Positions 12,526-26,247 of a stretch of DNA of 64,000 nt are shown here, piece after piece (the first letter of the stretch is position 1; each line of letters opens with the position of its first letter). A program made the position numbers and the translations under genes. The notes under the pieces were generated by a model. The model saw nothing but the letters and a program-made list of their open reading frames with translations, did no database searches and was not told where the DNA came from. The stretch comes from Octopus bimaculoides (taxonomy: Eukaryota), in assembly GCF_001194135.2 (NCBI RefSeq), contig NC_069004.1, positions 15,350,178 through 15,414,177 of the forward strand, in the 5' to 3' direction.

Positions 12526-13290
12526 CTACTGCTAGCACAGGATCCCGTCTTTTTGGCTTTGAGACCTGACTGGACGTTGTCCAACCTGTTTACCCCACTT
12601 CTTGAAGTAGATGATCTGTTTGGCACTCCACTCCTTGTTTTCTTAGATGATGCTTTTAATAGAGAAGCTTCTTTTCCACTGTTCAGATCTTGAATACAAG
12701 TCCTGATCTTTTTAGAAGGTATTGGGCGGACTTCGGCTGCAGCTGCCAAACTGTCTTCTTCAGTAGTAACAGCTGCAATTATTGTACCTGATGGACCAGC
12801 GTTGTTCAAGTGAAGTTCACTTGTTAAAGACGTTGGGTTGCTCTCTCTCTTTTTGGTCTGTTTCCTTTTCCCTCGGCTTTTTACCTGATTATCAAGTCGA
12901 ATGCTTGAAGTGGGCAAAATTTCTGAATGGGAACCAGAACGCAAATTCTTTCGTGATCCTTGTTTTTTTATAGCTTTAGAATAACTAGAATCCACAGCTG
13001 ATCCTGATCCACTTGGTTGTGGGAGGCTCTCTGAGCTCTCTAACTGAATAGGCAAAGGATTATCTACTTTAGTGGTACGAACAGGAATTTTTGACTTAAT
13101 TCGTTTGGGTTTTGCACCAAAGCCACCACTGTCTATAGGGTTCTTGTAAGCATGTGCAGCCACAAAAAATTCTGACTCAGAAGCAGATTCCTCAATAGTT
13201 TCTTTGTTAAATCGTTTCCTGCTTTTCTGTACTTTGTCAGAAGAATCTGAAGTCTCTCTAGGGAAGCCTTTTGCAGTAGTTTTACCACCA
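12526..13290 (-). CDS. TRIP12: TRIP12 large exon, 765 nt (255 codons), disordered K/R/S-rich region ending KKTGSCASS
   Basis: Acceptor ttttag|TGG and donor AG|gtgagt. Open in the frame of ORF 12522..13163 and phase 2 at both ends. KTGSCAS matches the vertebrate TRIP12 'KTTGSCAS' (recalled). Confidence 0.92.
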
Positions 13291-13606
13291 CTAAAATTAA
13301 GAGAAGATTAGTATTTAGATACAGCCCCACTGACAATGTAAAAAAGGAAACCAACAATGTGACATAAGAGTCCCTATTAACATGAAATACAAACATGTGC
13401 AGCCTAGAGAGGAGTTTCAGATTTTACTCTCTAAAACAATCAACTAGTAGCAATCAACTATTACTTCTAATCACCAGCATTGCTCTGATTACCAATATAC
13501 CCTATCATACTAGAGCTTAAACTTATGTGTAAACCTAAGCAAAAGTAAGAATGAGTAAAGGTTTGCAGACATTATGCAAGTAAGTGTGTGTGTGTGTGTG
13601 TGTGTA

Positions 13607-13646
<40 letters not shown>

Positions 13647-14829
13647 GGGAGGGTTATGGGTGAATGTCACAGAGTGTAGGTAAAAGAAAAGTTTTGGAGA
13701 GAGGGGATGCGAAGGCAAGAGATAGCTGTTTATGTGAGTTTGTCTGCAGATCTGTCATATATGCATGTATACATAGTTTTAGAAAAGAAAAATCAGTTGG
13801 TCTTCTCACCTTAATGACATCAATTTTATTTTCAAAGAACAAAAGCAACAAACACAAATATTTCTACAAATTAAATGGAATTTAATTTACAGAAACAACT
13901 ATGGGTAAATTAAATTAGGTACAAACTTCAGGTATTAATTTTTATCCTAAAAGTAAATATCTTTCCTTTGTTAGGTTTGTGGTCCAACATTTAATAAAAA
14001 CAGTTTCTAAAATTTTACTTTAAGGAATTTAGAAAAAAGCATTTAGTTTACAATCTACACATAAAAAAAGAACAATGAACCTAACCTGATTTTCTTTCAG
14101 TCTGTGAAAGATCCTAAACTTAAGCTTAAATAGAACTTGAAAAATTTTGCCTTCATTAGGAGGCTATGCAAGATCAGTAAGAAAGTTGACATGTTTGTGT
14201 TAAATAGTACTTACATCTCATAAAAATAAAACAAATTAAAACTAGAAAGCCTCATATTTTAGATAAGAGAACAATAACAGTTCTTTTACTGGTTTCATTC
14301 ACTGATTTGTGATCATTCTGAGAAACAGTTTTGTTTTCCTGTATCTGATTATATCAACACCAGTTTTTAGCTGGTGATATTTTAACACGGTGACTAGGAC
14401 AAAGATTCAACTTAGAACATGAAGGTACATAACAAAATGCCACAAGGTATTTTCTCTGACATTCAACAGACACGGTCATCTATTACTCTAGGCTTTCATT
14501 TTGTTCTTCCTAATTACTTTAAAATTAGACTATGAGCCATTTCAGCACTTTGTTCTTGTTACTATAAAAACCATTGCAAGCACTACTTTTAAAAATATAT
14601 AACCTGGAAACTTTACAGGTTTACAAATTACAAGAGATAAACAAGATTAGGGTTCAACTTTAAAGTATTGTTTTTTGTATGTTTCTATAACAAGAGACAA
14701 GATTTATCAAATCAATAAATCATCGCAAATATTGTAGCTCTAAAAAAACATCTAAGTAGTATAAGAGGATTAAAGCTGAATTATCAATATGAAAGGAAGC
14801 TGTTACTGAAAAGGAAGGCTTCTATAACT

Positions 14830-15810
14830 ATATATCATTTCATAAACAAAATTGTCAAGAGCAACTATCAAGGTTATTCTAGGACAGGGATTAAAAACTA
14901 GTACAGGTAACACTTTTCTAGGAATTGCACTTTGTTGAAAATGATAGTATTTCCAATATGTTGTTTGGATACACAAATGAAATTTATCATACATTAAGGA
15001 ATCCATCTTAGGTCCATCATAAATCTAAAAGTGGGCAAATATTTTAAACCAGTTTAACTCACTGTGATTATATTGAAGTTAGCAACATAGTTATGTAGTG
15101 GCTCTCTTTTTCTTTCTTTTCTTCTATTTCCACATTAGCAACATGCAGATGTTATGAGTGGCAGCAACATTAGATATAATATAGTGGTGGTTCTATTGTC
15201 TTTTATGGGCAGACTGCCAGTGAAGATCTAAGTTCATTTCTTTCGTAAGACAGATGCCATTCTCAATTCAAAACAACAAAATCCTTCACAACATATTCCA
15301 TGCACATATCTATTGCAAACAATTCTTATAAATAAATGACAGCAATTTTGTTGGCTCAAATGTAAATTGATACATTTTTCTCTATACATATTTTTTGTTG
15401 TTAAATACTCTGAATTTCTCAAAATTCTGCAAAAGGATATTTGGATTTACCTGGGATATGTATTCTACTAACATTTACTGGTATCTGATTGTTGAACATT
15501 CATAACCAAATTCTTTTAATACTGAGTGCTTTATTGATAACTGCCAGGACTTTTTAATCCAATTTTTTCTTCTAATTATATATAGATATATAATTTTATT
15601 TCATATGACCACTATCATCAACATGCTCAAGTTAAGATTAAGAGCAAAACATTACTTATGTAACGAGAAACTGTATTACATCACCTGAAAAGATGCTTCT
15701 GCACCGTGGGATGCACCATAATTCATTGTCTAGTTTCCCATCCGTGAGGGAGCAATGCAGGATGTGTCAAAACGAGCATTGTGATAAAGTTTCTGGTATA
15801 CTCTATCTTC
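14830..15810 (+). mobile_element. Possible second, heavily decayed and internally deleted piggyBac relic
   Basis: Scattered motifs in the correct order: LHFVEND (~14925), YK*MTAILLAQM (~15330), KRIFGFTWDM (~15435) and REQCRMCQNEHCDK (~15750). No TIRs found. Confidence 0.35.
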
Positions 15811-17046
15811 CATTGTTTCTACTATACATATATATAAAAAAAAAAGAGTAAAACTAACCAACTCTTGTACTCATTGGTCATTAGAAACTGCCCTCTAAAA
15901 GTTATTTGCACACATCCAGTGCAATATTTCTATTTCTTTTATGTTAAAATTAAAATGGCACACATATCTTTTCACAAATAATTTGGCATAATTCTTTTTC
16001 CATTGTAGTACAAGATGGTGCTAAAATTTTAGCCACAAGTAGTTGCTTTTGATGCCCTTTGTATTTTTCTAGCACAAAACACTAAAAATTTAAGCAGAAT
16101 TGAATCTACTTTATCAAGGCAAACAGACCATTATGTTTCATCTAATAACAATGACTACAACTAAACTGGAATTTTCGCTATCTAAAATGTCTCAAAGTGA
16201 ATTTTTTGCTCAAGTTTAAAACATTCAAAATAGGTGCATAAAATAATCAGAAAATATTACCCAAAATAAGCATCAAAAGTTTTCAGCTTCAAATGCAGTT
16301 ATTGGTGATAAATATACTCTACGTTCTTCGACCGCTTCATAATTAGTAACAGAAATAAAAACAACTAAATGTAAAATATTAAAATTTTTTTAAAAAGCAC
16401 TCAACCCACTGAGATAAAAAGAAAGAGTAACAAAAAAGAAAAATCTTATCTCTTCACAGGCAATATAAGTCTTTGCCAACATGATGTGTCTTAAGAACGA
16501 CCAACAAAACATGCTCTAAAACTGAACAAAAATTATTGTCTGTTATAGTTATAAATGCTTGTTATAATTAAAAAGATAAAGTTTCAGTCATTCAGTAAGT
16601 CAAGCACATCAATGTTTTTCAATCCATTTCACTTGCATCAGCAACACTTCCAGAAGAAAAGCAAAAATATTACAACTTAACATTGGAACCCGAGGAAGGC
16701 TCTATGTTGTAATAAAGATAAAACACACACACAAAATCCTAATAGAATGATGAAACAGAAATAGAAAAGCAAACTTATGTAAGTAAGCATTGTAACAGTT
16801 CAGAAAAGGCCTTCAAATTGACTCCTGCCAATACAGACAGACCACTGCCAGTTTCCACACATTTTAGTGATTATATTTCAAAGAAAAAATACTGTCCATA
16901 GTGTATCACATTAGACATTAATATGAACAGCTGAAAGGGTGCAAGTGAACTCATTGCCTCTCCTATATAAAAGTGTCTATAGCAGCACCACTCAGTACAC
17001 CGGTTTCAACCAAAACTGGTGCAAGTAAGTATCCTATGCTATAACT

Positions 17047-17414
17047 CAGTGATTCCTAATGTAGGGCATAGGCTACCACTAGTGGGGCTTGGGAAGATTG
17101 TTGTGAGGCATGGGATCCTTTTTTTTTTCTTTTAAAGTGAAATATGGAACCGTGAAAATCTTTTTTTCACAGAAAACCTACTACACCTATACTCAGCCTA
17201 ACCAAACCAATCCCTCCAGCCAAGCATACTGCCTGAAAACTGTTTGCAATAATATAGTGCTATTCTAATGATCTTGTGTGGATATTTCTTTAAGGAAAGT
17301 ATATGGTTGTGAAATATTAAAAATAAAACTTTTTTCCAACCACTGGTGGGGCATACATCATTTTTCTGAAAAGTTAAAGTGGGGCCTGGGGAGAAAATAA
17401 GGTGAGAGACGCTA
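17047..17414. mobile_element. hAT-type MITE
   Basis: Identical 8-bp TSD CTATAACT at 17039-17046 and 17415-17422. Degenerate TIRs CAGTGATTCCTAA / (rc) TAGCGTCTCTCAC. Confidence 0.8.
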
Positions 17415-17719
17415 CTATAACTAGATAAGTGTGCTGGGTTTGTGAGACATGGTTGATAGTTATCCTACAAAGTATATCCAAATAAAAAATTCCCAAATAG
17501 ACTCCCAAATGTAGTTGGATGGTATACTATGCCAACTTATAACATCTCTGATAGCTATGTCAAATAGGAAATGTACTGTTTTAGCATTTCTTTGGATCAC
17601 ATCTGCCAGGTGAAGAGGGACTCCACATCTAGGCAACTCAGGATCACTACAATCATCATCGAGGTCCAGACTCCAGAGAGGTCTCACAGATGCTATTGCA
17701 AAGTAGCAAAATCAATGAA

Positions 17720-18273
17720 GAGGCAGCAGTTATGAGTAATAAATCTAACCAGATTGGTAGTAGGTACATGTACTAGAGCTTGTTTCTGAGAGTGGGAGTG
17801 CTCATCACGTCACCAATCAGCTACTGCCCACCTCAATCCAGACATCCTCTGGTCAATAATCTGCTGATCCACCATTGTCTGCTGCTTCAGTGGGTGCTTG
17901 GTGCTTAGAATTTATCACTAAACAAACCTCACAAAACACAGAGAACAAAGAATAAACCAGCAATCATAGAACTAGCCACTTGGAATGTTAGGACCGTGTG
18001 TCCTGGCCTCTTTGATGACCTACAAATCAAAAAGATTAGGAAAACATTTATCAATTCTGAGCTGAAGAAACTGGAAATTGACTTATTTCTAGTGATTCCA
18101 GAGACCACATAGAGGTATCCTTTGTTGGCTTGTAATGAAGTTGTTACTATTGAAGGTGAATAAATAGGATCAGAAAGGTCAGGAAAATAGCTGGAATGTC
18201 ATTAGGAGCTGTACATAAATTGCACAATGCTGAACATGTTTTGGATTATCATATATATATAGAAGATAATTAG

Positions 18274-18341
<68 letters not shown>

Positions 18342-21300
18342 GCATGTGGCCAGTGATCAGGGTGTTGCACTCAAAATCACTGGATCATGGGTTCAATTCT
18401 CAGACCAGGCAGTATGTTGTGTTCTTGAGCAAGACACTTCGTTTCACAGTGCTCCAGTCCACACAACTGTAAATGTGTAAGCCCTACGATGGAACAGCCT
18501 TCCAACCAGGGATGAATGATGGCCTGCACACTAAGCCAGCGGAGTGGCATCATTCAAAAGCTAAAACAATGCAAAGTGCATTGCGACCAGCAACATATAA
18601 CAACATCTGATAGTCTTGCAAGTTATTTGGTGATCCTGCCAATGTCAAGTAAAAAGCATCCAGTCCACATTGTGAAATGTGTTGACATTTGGAAGGGCAT
18701 CCAGCTGTAAAAACCATGCCAAAATTGACCTTGCCTGTGATGGTGCCATGTAAAAAGCACTCAGTCTACTTTGTAGGGTGGTTAGTGTTAGGAAAGGCAT
18801 TCAGTCGTAAAAACCATGCCAAAACAGACACAGTAGCCTAGTGTAGTCTTCTACCTGGTTGGCTGCTGTCAAACTGCCCAACCCATGCCAACAAGCAAGG
18901 CAGATGTTAAACAATTATGATGATTATATATATAGTTCTCTTTTTCCTCCTTCCACTTACCACTACCTTCTCACTTTCTCTTGGTCTCTTCCCCAGCATA
19001 ACACCCCACAGCTAATCAAAGAAGCAGTACAAGAGACTAGTGGATTGGTTTCTGGCAAGGCAGATTCTCTGAAAAACCCCACCTGCATGACATTGGTTTT
19101 GCTGTCAGAAATAGCCTGCTGCTCATAATAGTTCCTCCTTCCAATATTCCAGAGAACATGTTTCCTTCTGCCTTTCAGCATTATCATCTAATCATTTTCA
19201 ATATTTATGCTCCTCAAGAAACAAAAGAACAGTTTTATGAAGATCTCAGCACTGTCAGCAGCAAGATACCAGAATCCAACATCATTCAGCAATATAATTT
19301 CAAATCTAGAATCAGATTGTACCACAACTCTTAACTAATTTTTTTCTGGGATACTTTGGCACTGGCAAAGAAAAAAAAAGCCAGAAATTGCTGGGGTTCT
19401 GCTCCTACAAAACTGTGCATTGCCAACACATTTCTTCAAGACACCCTCACCCACTTCATGGAGCTCTCCTGTTGATATCGAAGGTCCAGACAATGACATT
19501 ACTGGGGTGAGCTGCCATCAAGAGTGTGCTTCTCACATTTAGCTTTCACTATGCCATCTGCAACACAATGTGCTGTAAAATCTCATTAAACTCAAAGCTC
19601 CACCACACCCAGCAGAAACAATGCCCACATAACACCATAAGGGTAACAAACTCAGAACTTCACACAAAACTCAATGACCAAATGGAATGAGCCTTCAAAG
19701 GAAACAGTCACATCTATAGAGAGGTAGTAATTCATCTTCACTGTAACATGGTTACATCATACGTTGAGAAGAGGGAGAAATCATTAGTCTGAATACAACC
19801 TGTCTTAGGCAAACTTTAGTCAATTTGCAAGACCCAGCAGAAAAGAACACCACTGCAATGGCAAGAACAGTTAGATGCTGTGCAAGTGGTTAGTGGTAAA
19901 ATTTGTCAGAACATTCAGTCTTGTACTGACAGTAGCAATTATGCAAGGAATGTATGGAGTCTGAGAATACAGCTATCAAAGTCCATGCCAAGTTGATGCA
20001 GAAGTAGAGACAAAAGACTGTCAAATCATACTCCACCAACTGAATGGTTGATTTTGGTTTTGCCAGGATCCCAACCCTGCCTATCATAAAAGAGAAGAGC
20101 CTAGCTCCAACAAAAGGTGAAATACATAAGGTCATCATCTTGCTCACAGCAAGCTACCAAGCAGTCATCACAGCAGAACTAATCCAGTCTGGAAGCCAGT
20201 GCTAGTGAATCATCTTCACAAGCTATTGTGCTGCTGGTGAGAGCAGAGCTAAGTTGCCAAAGTTGCATGTGATACACATCACACTGTACAAGAAAAATAG
20301 GGACTAATGCAACTGAAACAATCAGAGAGATGTATCTCTGCTCAAAATCATCAACAAGACTTTCAATCAAGAAGTTGTAAAGAGGTTTCAGAGTGGCTTC
20401 AAAGAAGAGAGACCATTAACTGATATAGTCTTTCTCAGGCAGAAACAGAAGAACTGGCAACACAGACAACCCATTTATGTTGCCCTCAGTGACTTAAGTC
20501 TTTTGATTTTGTGAGAAAATTTGATGCCATGAGAAGTAAACAATATCACTTCTTTCCATGGTAGCAGCCAGTGGACAATGCAATTTCAAAGATAATTTTA
20601 AAAGCTCTTCTCTATACAAAGTGAAGTAAGTCTATATTATCCTGATGTTTTGGGAGAATTTTCTGTAAACTGGTAGAGTGTTTTGACGTATTAGGTCCAT
20701 CAACAAACTCTTCAGTCATTACAGCCTAAAAATGACAATGTGTATCAGGTTCTAATCAGAGAAATAATCTTTGCTGATTATGATACTGCTTCAACCTATG
20801 ACATATAGTGGAATCTCAAGAAACTAAGAAGTGAAGTCACACATGCTTGCTAAGAGTTTAGCACCACCAGGAGACTAAACAAGAGACTGTAAGCCAGGAG
20901 GTTAATGAAATCCCCAGCATCAATATCAGTGATCTCATCCTGTGAGTGGGGGACAAATTCTCCATCTACCTAGGAGCATCAATTTCCCAAACCCTTTCTC
21001 TCAAACCAAAACACAATAGACAAAGCTGCCACTGGCATGACCAAGTTTTCCAAGAGTGTGGACAAAGCTCATGTGCTTAGAAACTGCCTTACCCTCAATG
21101 CCTACAATGAATTTGGAAATCTTGTGGGGGGACCACATGTCAAGCAAGGACACACTAGACCATGTATGGAAAGCTCACCAAAAGATCCCAGTCCATAGAA
21201 GCCCACTGCTATATGTGGACATTTACAAACATGACTTGAAGAGGGTGCTAACACAGGAAAAGAGATGGCTGCAAATCGCTAAATCTGGTGAATGTATATA

Positions 21301-21400
21301 CAGGTATTACCACTGCTGAAGAGCAGCGAACTGTATGTGGTAGAACAAGTAAGAAAGAAATCTACACAGTTATAATGTAACTGTAGTCATCAGCTTTCAA
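17720..21400 (+). mobile_element. Near full-length RTE (BovB-like) LINE relic interrupted by (TG)n and a SINE
   Basis: APE motifs WNVRTVCPG..DDLQ (~17980), FWQGRF..PHLHDIGFAVRNSLL (~19050) and YAP..KEQFYEDL (~19205). RT motif TDIVFLRQKQKNWQHRQPIYVALSDL (~20420). C-terminal KHDLKRV (~21230). Confidence 0.75.
18340..18905 (+). mobile_element. tRNA-derived SINE (family A), with head and internally duplicated body
   Basis: A-box-like TGGCCAGTGA and B-box-like GGTTCAATTCT, body GGAAGGGCATCCAGCTGTAAAAACCATGCC present twice, CCAACCCATGCCA 3' part. Confidence 0.8.
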
Positions 21401-22079
21401 ATAAAGTGGCAGTACCAAGGACTGCCATTTTTCTGAGTCCGCTACTACATGCTTTCATTTTGTTTGTCCAAACAAATGAAGCCATCAGTCTAAACAATAT
21501 TAATATAATATAGTAGATAAAAGAAAATTTCCAAGAACAGATTTCATAAATTAACATTATCATTTAATGTCCATTTGTCTATGCTGGCATGGGTAGGACG
21601 GTTTGACAGGAACTGACAAGTCAGAAGACTACATCAAGCTTTGTCTGTTTTGGCATGGTTTTCTACGATTGATACCCACCTAACAACAAATTTCCTAAAT
21701 TATATCAAGTTATAATTTTATTTGATACATTTTCTTGTCTCAAAATATAAAACAAAAAAAAACCCCAAAAAATATTCTTTTCATGTACACATTGCTACCT
21801 TTTCACATTCTTACAGCACCTGAGTAAAACAAACTGAATACTTGTTGGTTTGGTAGTCTGGTAAAGAAAATTTGTTCTATTTTAAACTAATCTACATCTT
21901 CAGGAGAAACACAGGTACATGAAATATTTCATATGGAGAGAAAGTACCAAATCTTTGTGGAGGCCTCTATTTTGTTAGAATAGAAACCACTGAGCACACA
22001 TACACACACGCACACATACAAATTAGATGTATGAAGCCAGATATATTCAGAAGAATTGAAGTTAGCTGGGCTATTCATT

Positions 22080-23080
22080 AGAAAGTCTACTGCAAGCCCT
22101 AAAACAGATTAGGGTTGTATCATGAGCCTTGCTGTATTGCAAGTGAGCATGGTAGAGAAAGCAGAGGAAACGGTTCAACATGAAGGAAATGGAAGCAAAG
22201 AAAAAGGGAGAGGAATTATTTTGCAAGGATTAAGGCAAAGCTCTAAGAATAGCAAGTGCAAAGAATTTTAAAATATTGGTGAAAACAAATCAGTATGGCA
22301 CTGGGAAAGATTGGTTGCACAATAATTTGGGGATACAGGTATTTACTGAAAGAGTGATGGAGAATTTTTAAAATAAGCAAAGTGTATAAATAAGACAAGA
22401 GCCAGCTTCAGTAAACCTAATGGACAAGCCAGCCACATAAAATTAGGAACAAGGGTTAAGATAATAGGGATGATAAAACTAAGTGAGCTACACTTCTCTT
22501 TAGTATGGTAGCATAAAGATTTAAGGTTTCATGGTTGATTGGAGAACTGGAATCTCATCTAAATAGACTGAAGAGGACACTGATGACTAATGTGTTAGAA
22601 CAATTGTCACCTACTACAAAGGCAAGGGAGTTGTCATAGGGACCAAAACAGCATTAGTAGAAGTACCAAAGGAAAATAATTTCAATTGGGTATCATATTT
22701 GGTTTCGTATAAGGATGTGGGATCAACCAATGCCATATTCTTTGTGAGAGAGCTGCAGGAAAAGTATTTGGCAAAAAAATAAACAACTATACCTTGCCTT
22801 TGATGACCTAGTGAAGACCTTTGACAGGGTCCAACATGCTATGATCTGGTGGGTGATGAAAAAGTTAGGCATGGATAAGTGGTTGATAAGGGAAATCAAG
22901 TTCATGTATGAGGATGCGAAAAGTAGGAGGAGATAAGCTATGCATCTATGGAGGAACTTGAATGAGGTCATCAATATGGTTTTCAACAATCCTTTCTGTA
23001 GCCTAACTCTTGAGGTTCTAACAACAAAAGTGTTCAGAGAAAAGCTATATAGAATTGTTATGAGGAAATAATGCACAAGA
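22080..23080 (+). mobile_element. RTE LINE RT-domain fragment
   Basis: GSTNAIFFVRELQEKYLAKK..LYLAFDDLVKTFDRV at ~22720-22830. Confidence 0.75.
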
Positions 23081-23628
23081 AATCTGAAAGGGCTGTAAGC
23101 ATAAAGTAGTAAGCAAATTGTCTTAATATGCAGAAAGGAATGTATGTATGACTAAATCCAGCTATATAGTTTACTCTCAAAAAATTTCCACCAAATATGT
23201 ATACCCTTCATAAACATTTGTTTGTGTGTGTGTGTGTATTGGTGACTGAATGTGCTCGCAAAGGAATGAATAAAGGTACTTAATACATAAAGTTTGTTTA
23301 TTTTATAAATTATTTGAACAATCAGAAGTGTGAAACTTGAAGCTACTATTATATATAAAAGCCAGAATTTCACATATTTAAACATTTAGAAAATGGTTTT
23401 TATGATTTAAGTTGACACTAATGTAGTGGAATCTTATCATAGTGGTTGTGAGAGTAAGATGAACTGTGTTTAGGCCAAATCCAATATACTGTACAAGACA
23501 CACTTTACACACTATCCGACATTAAAAAAGAAAAATCACTATGACTTTTTAGTCAAAAGATTAGCCCGGCAGTTCATAATTAATGTATATTGAAATGTCC
23601 TATACATAACAGACTGAATGATATTGAT

Positions 23629-23880
23629 TTAACCCTTTAGCATTTAAACTGGCCATATCTGACCCAAACATTCTACCTGTTTTATGTTCAAACTGGCCAT
23701 ATCTGACCCAAACATTCTACCTGTTTTATGTTCAAACTGGCCAGATCTGGTTTCTCACACCTACCCTACAATGTCATTTTAAAAAATAAACAATCATACT
23801 ACTGAAATAATGCATGATTAATTCAAAACAATGTAAATAATACTACATTTGACAGATTAATCGGAATGCTAAAGAGTTAA
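23629..23880 (+). mobile_element. TTAA MITE family 1 with internal 44-bp tandem duplication
   Basis: TTAA|CCCTTTAGCATT...AATGCTAAAGAG|TTAA. Segment 23647-23690 is repeated at 23691-23734. Confidence 0.85.
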
Positions 23881-26128
23881 ACCTAAAAATATGAAAAGAA
23901 AAAAAACAACATAAGTGCACAACACAGAAATAGAATAAAGCAATTGTCATCAAATATTGAGACTATGTAATGTGATGATGGTGCCTTATTTAAAACAGTT
24001 GACAAATAACAAGAGCAATTTGCAAGGGAGACAGTAACAGTGTGCAGTTGAGTAAAACACTGAGGCCAAACAGATTGCCAATGGAGGAAAACAAAAACAT
24101 GTCCCAGTAAGAAGAGAAGTGGTATGTGAGACATGTATAGAATAACAAAGCAATAAATTAACAGACAAAATAATGAAAGACATAAAATAGACAAAAAAAA
24201 AAAAATGGTGTCAGCATAGAAAAGTAGAGTCTTTTACGTTGTTTAATAGCTCCAGTCAGCTTTGTTTAAGCAGACTTATGGCACACAGGGAGACATGTTG
24301 AAAAGCAATTAATAGAAAGTGTATTTCAGTAAAGAGTGTCTTCAGTATGGCCGTACACGTTGCTATACAGCAATTAGCAGTGTGGGGTAGATTGTGTGGG
24401 AGTGAAGGAATGACATGTAGTGCAGGGTGGAGGTCAAGGAGTGTTATGTGTGAGGTACAGTGTAGAAGTAAAGGTGTTATGTTAAGCACAATGTAGCAAG
24501 AAACTTCAAGAGTCTGTAATTAGTTCTGATGTGAGGTAAACCAGATGATAAACAGGTCAAGGGAGACAAATAATGGAGAAAAGTAAGATACAATTAACAA
24601 GAGAAATATCTAAAGAGAGAAATTACACTTTTGCAGACAAACCCATATAAGTCAGCATGGAAAGGATTGAGATTTTGATCATGGTAGTGGTTAAAGATGG
24701 AAGTAATAATAGCAACACTGCATTTCTATCTATTATTATTTTGGGAACTTACAGATGGAAATAGGTAGATTGTGTGGGTTATACATTGATGACTATGTAA
24801 AAAAAAAGATGAACATGTCAATCTAATGGAAAAATATTCACTGGTTTGGATTAATGGATTATCTGAAGAATTTATTTTGATTATATCAGACAGAAGTTTT
24901 CATGTATTAATTACAATAGAGATAAAATAAACATGTATTCAGAGAACTATTATATAAATATGCCATATGGCCATATTTCTGATGAAATACCTTGTCTGCA
25001 TGTTTCAATTTAGTTTGAAAATTTGGAGAAACTTAGTAAAATAACTCTTTAAGGTGATATTTGAACATCATAATGTTCTTACATACAAATAAATTAAGCT
25101 AGACTGTTTTGTTTCATAGAATTTAAGGACAGTCTCAGGTAGACTAGTTAGAAAAAGGTTAAGCATCAAGTGTGTGTGTGTGTGTGTTATCTTACTTGTT
25201 TCAGTCATTTGACTGTGGCCATGCTGGGGCACCACCTTGAAGGGTTTTAGACAAACAATTTGACCCCAGGATTTATTTTTTTAGCCAAGTACTTTACCAG
25301 TCCCTTTTGCTAAACTGGTATGTTACAGGGATGTAAACACACCAACACCAGTTGTCAAGCAGTGGTAGGGGACAAACACACACACAAACAGATATGATGA
25401 CCTTCTTTCAGTTTCCGTATACCAAATCCACTCACAAGGCTCTGGTCGGCCTGAGGTTATAGAAAACACTTGCCCATGGTGCCACACAGTAGAACTGAAC
25501 CCAAAACCATTTGGTTGGGAAACAAGTTTCATATCACAGAGCCACACATACTCGACATATACGTTATGTGTATTTGCCAGTAGGTTACGAACTGGTATGG
25601 TGGTTACTCTTTTAGAGTGCTGGGTGTATTCTCCACCATGCCAAATTGCAGTCTACAGGCAAATACATAATGTACATATATGTGGTTGATAATGTTTATT
25701 ACACTAGCACTGCTTCTATTTCATATTTGAATATATATGGATATTCTTCATTTTCTAGCATGTATCAATTTTAAATCAAATTTAAAATATTTGCACAAAA
25801 TTATATTCTGCATTTTATAGAGCTTTGTATGCAAAAAATTATAAAAATTTCAAATTATAAAAATTCTGAAACTGAACTCCAACAAGTTCAAGTTTAAGAA
25901 ACATGATGACATTCCGTGTTAATGGGCAATCCCAATTGATTAATCTTTGATCTAAGTTTTAAATTTAAAACTTTAACCATAGTAAAAACAGTAATCTATA
26001 CAAAATTCAATCAAAAATATTAATGAAAACATTTGCATACAGGCTGTAAATTTAATAGAACAAAAATGGTCACTGTATTCAACTATGAATAATTATGTTC
26101 AAAGAAGAAAGGAAAAAAGATATATTAC

Positions 26129-26247
26129 CTTCTATTCTTATTTAATGCGTTGTCAGGAGTATTAGTGCAACTTTCTCTGTCTCCCCCTTGTTGCCGATGT
26201 GATCGTCTGCGAGACCCCCCAAGATAACTTTCAGATTGGTCGGCCAT
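26129..26247 (-). CDS. TRIP12: TRIP12 first coding exon (coding part), MADQSESYLGGSRRRSHRQQGGDRESCTNTPDNALNKNR + 2 nt
   Basis: The exon runs 26129-26288 with acceptor ttacag| and donor AG|gtaata. ATG is at 26247, with an in-frame TAA 6 codons upstream. The phase-2 end joins the 13290 exon in frame. 'LGGSRRRSHR' resembles the vertebrate TRIP12 N-terminus 'PGGSLRRSQR' (recalled, not searched). Confidence 0.8.

Noticed and set aside
15685-15818. Candidate extra TRIP12 exon (tag|...TTTTCAG|gtgatg)
   Set aside because: Stops in all three minus frames and no polypyrimidine tract. The flanking exons already join in frame, and the plus strand looks like piggyBac debris.
25903-25990. Possible C/D box snoRNA (ATGATGA)
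   Set aside because: On the strand opposite the host gene, with no CTGA D box or terminal stem at a suitable distance.
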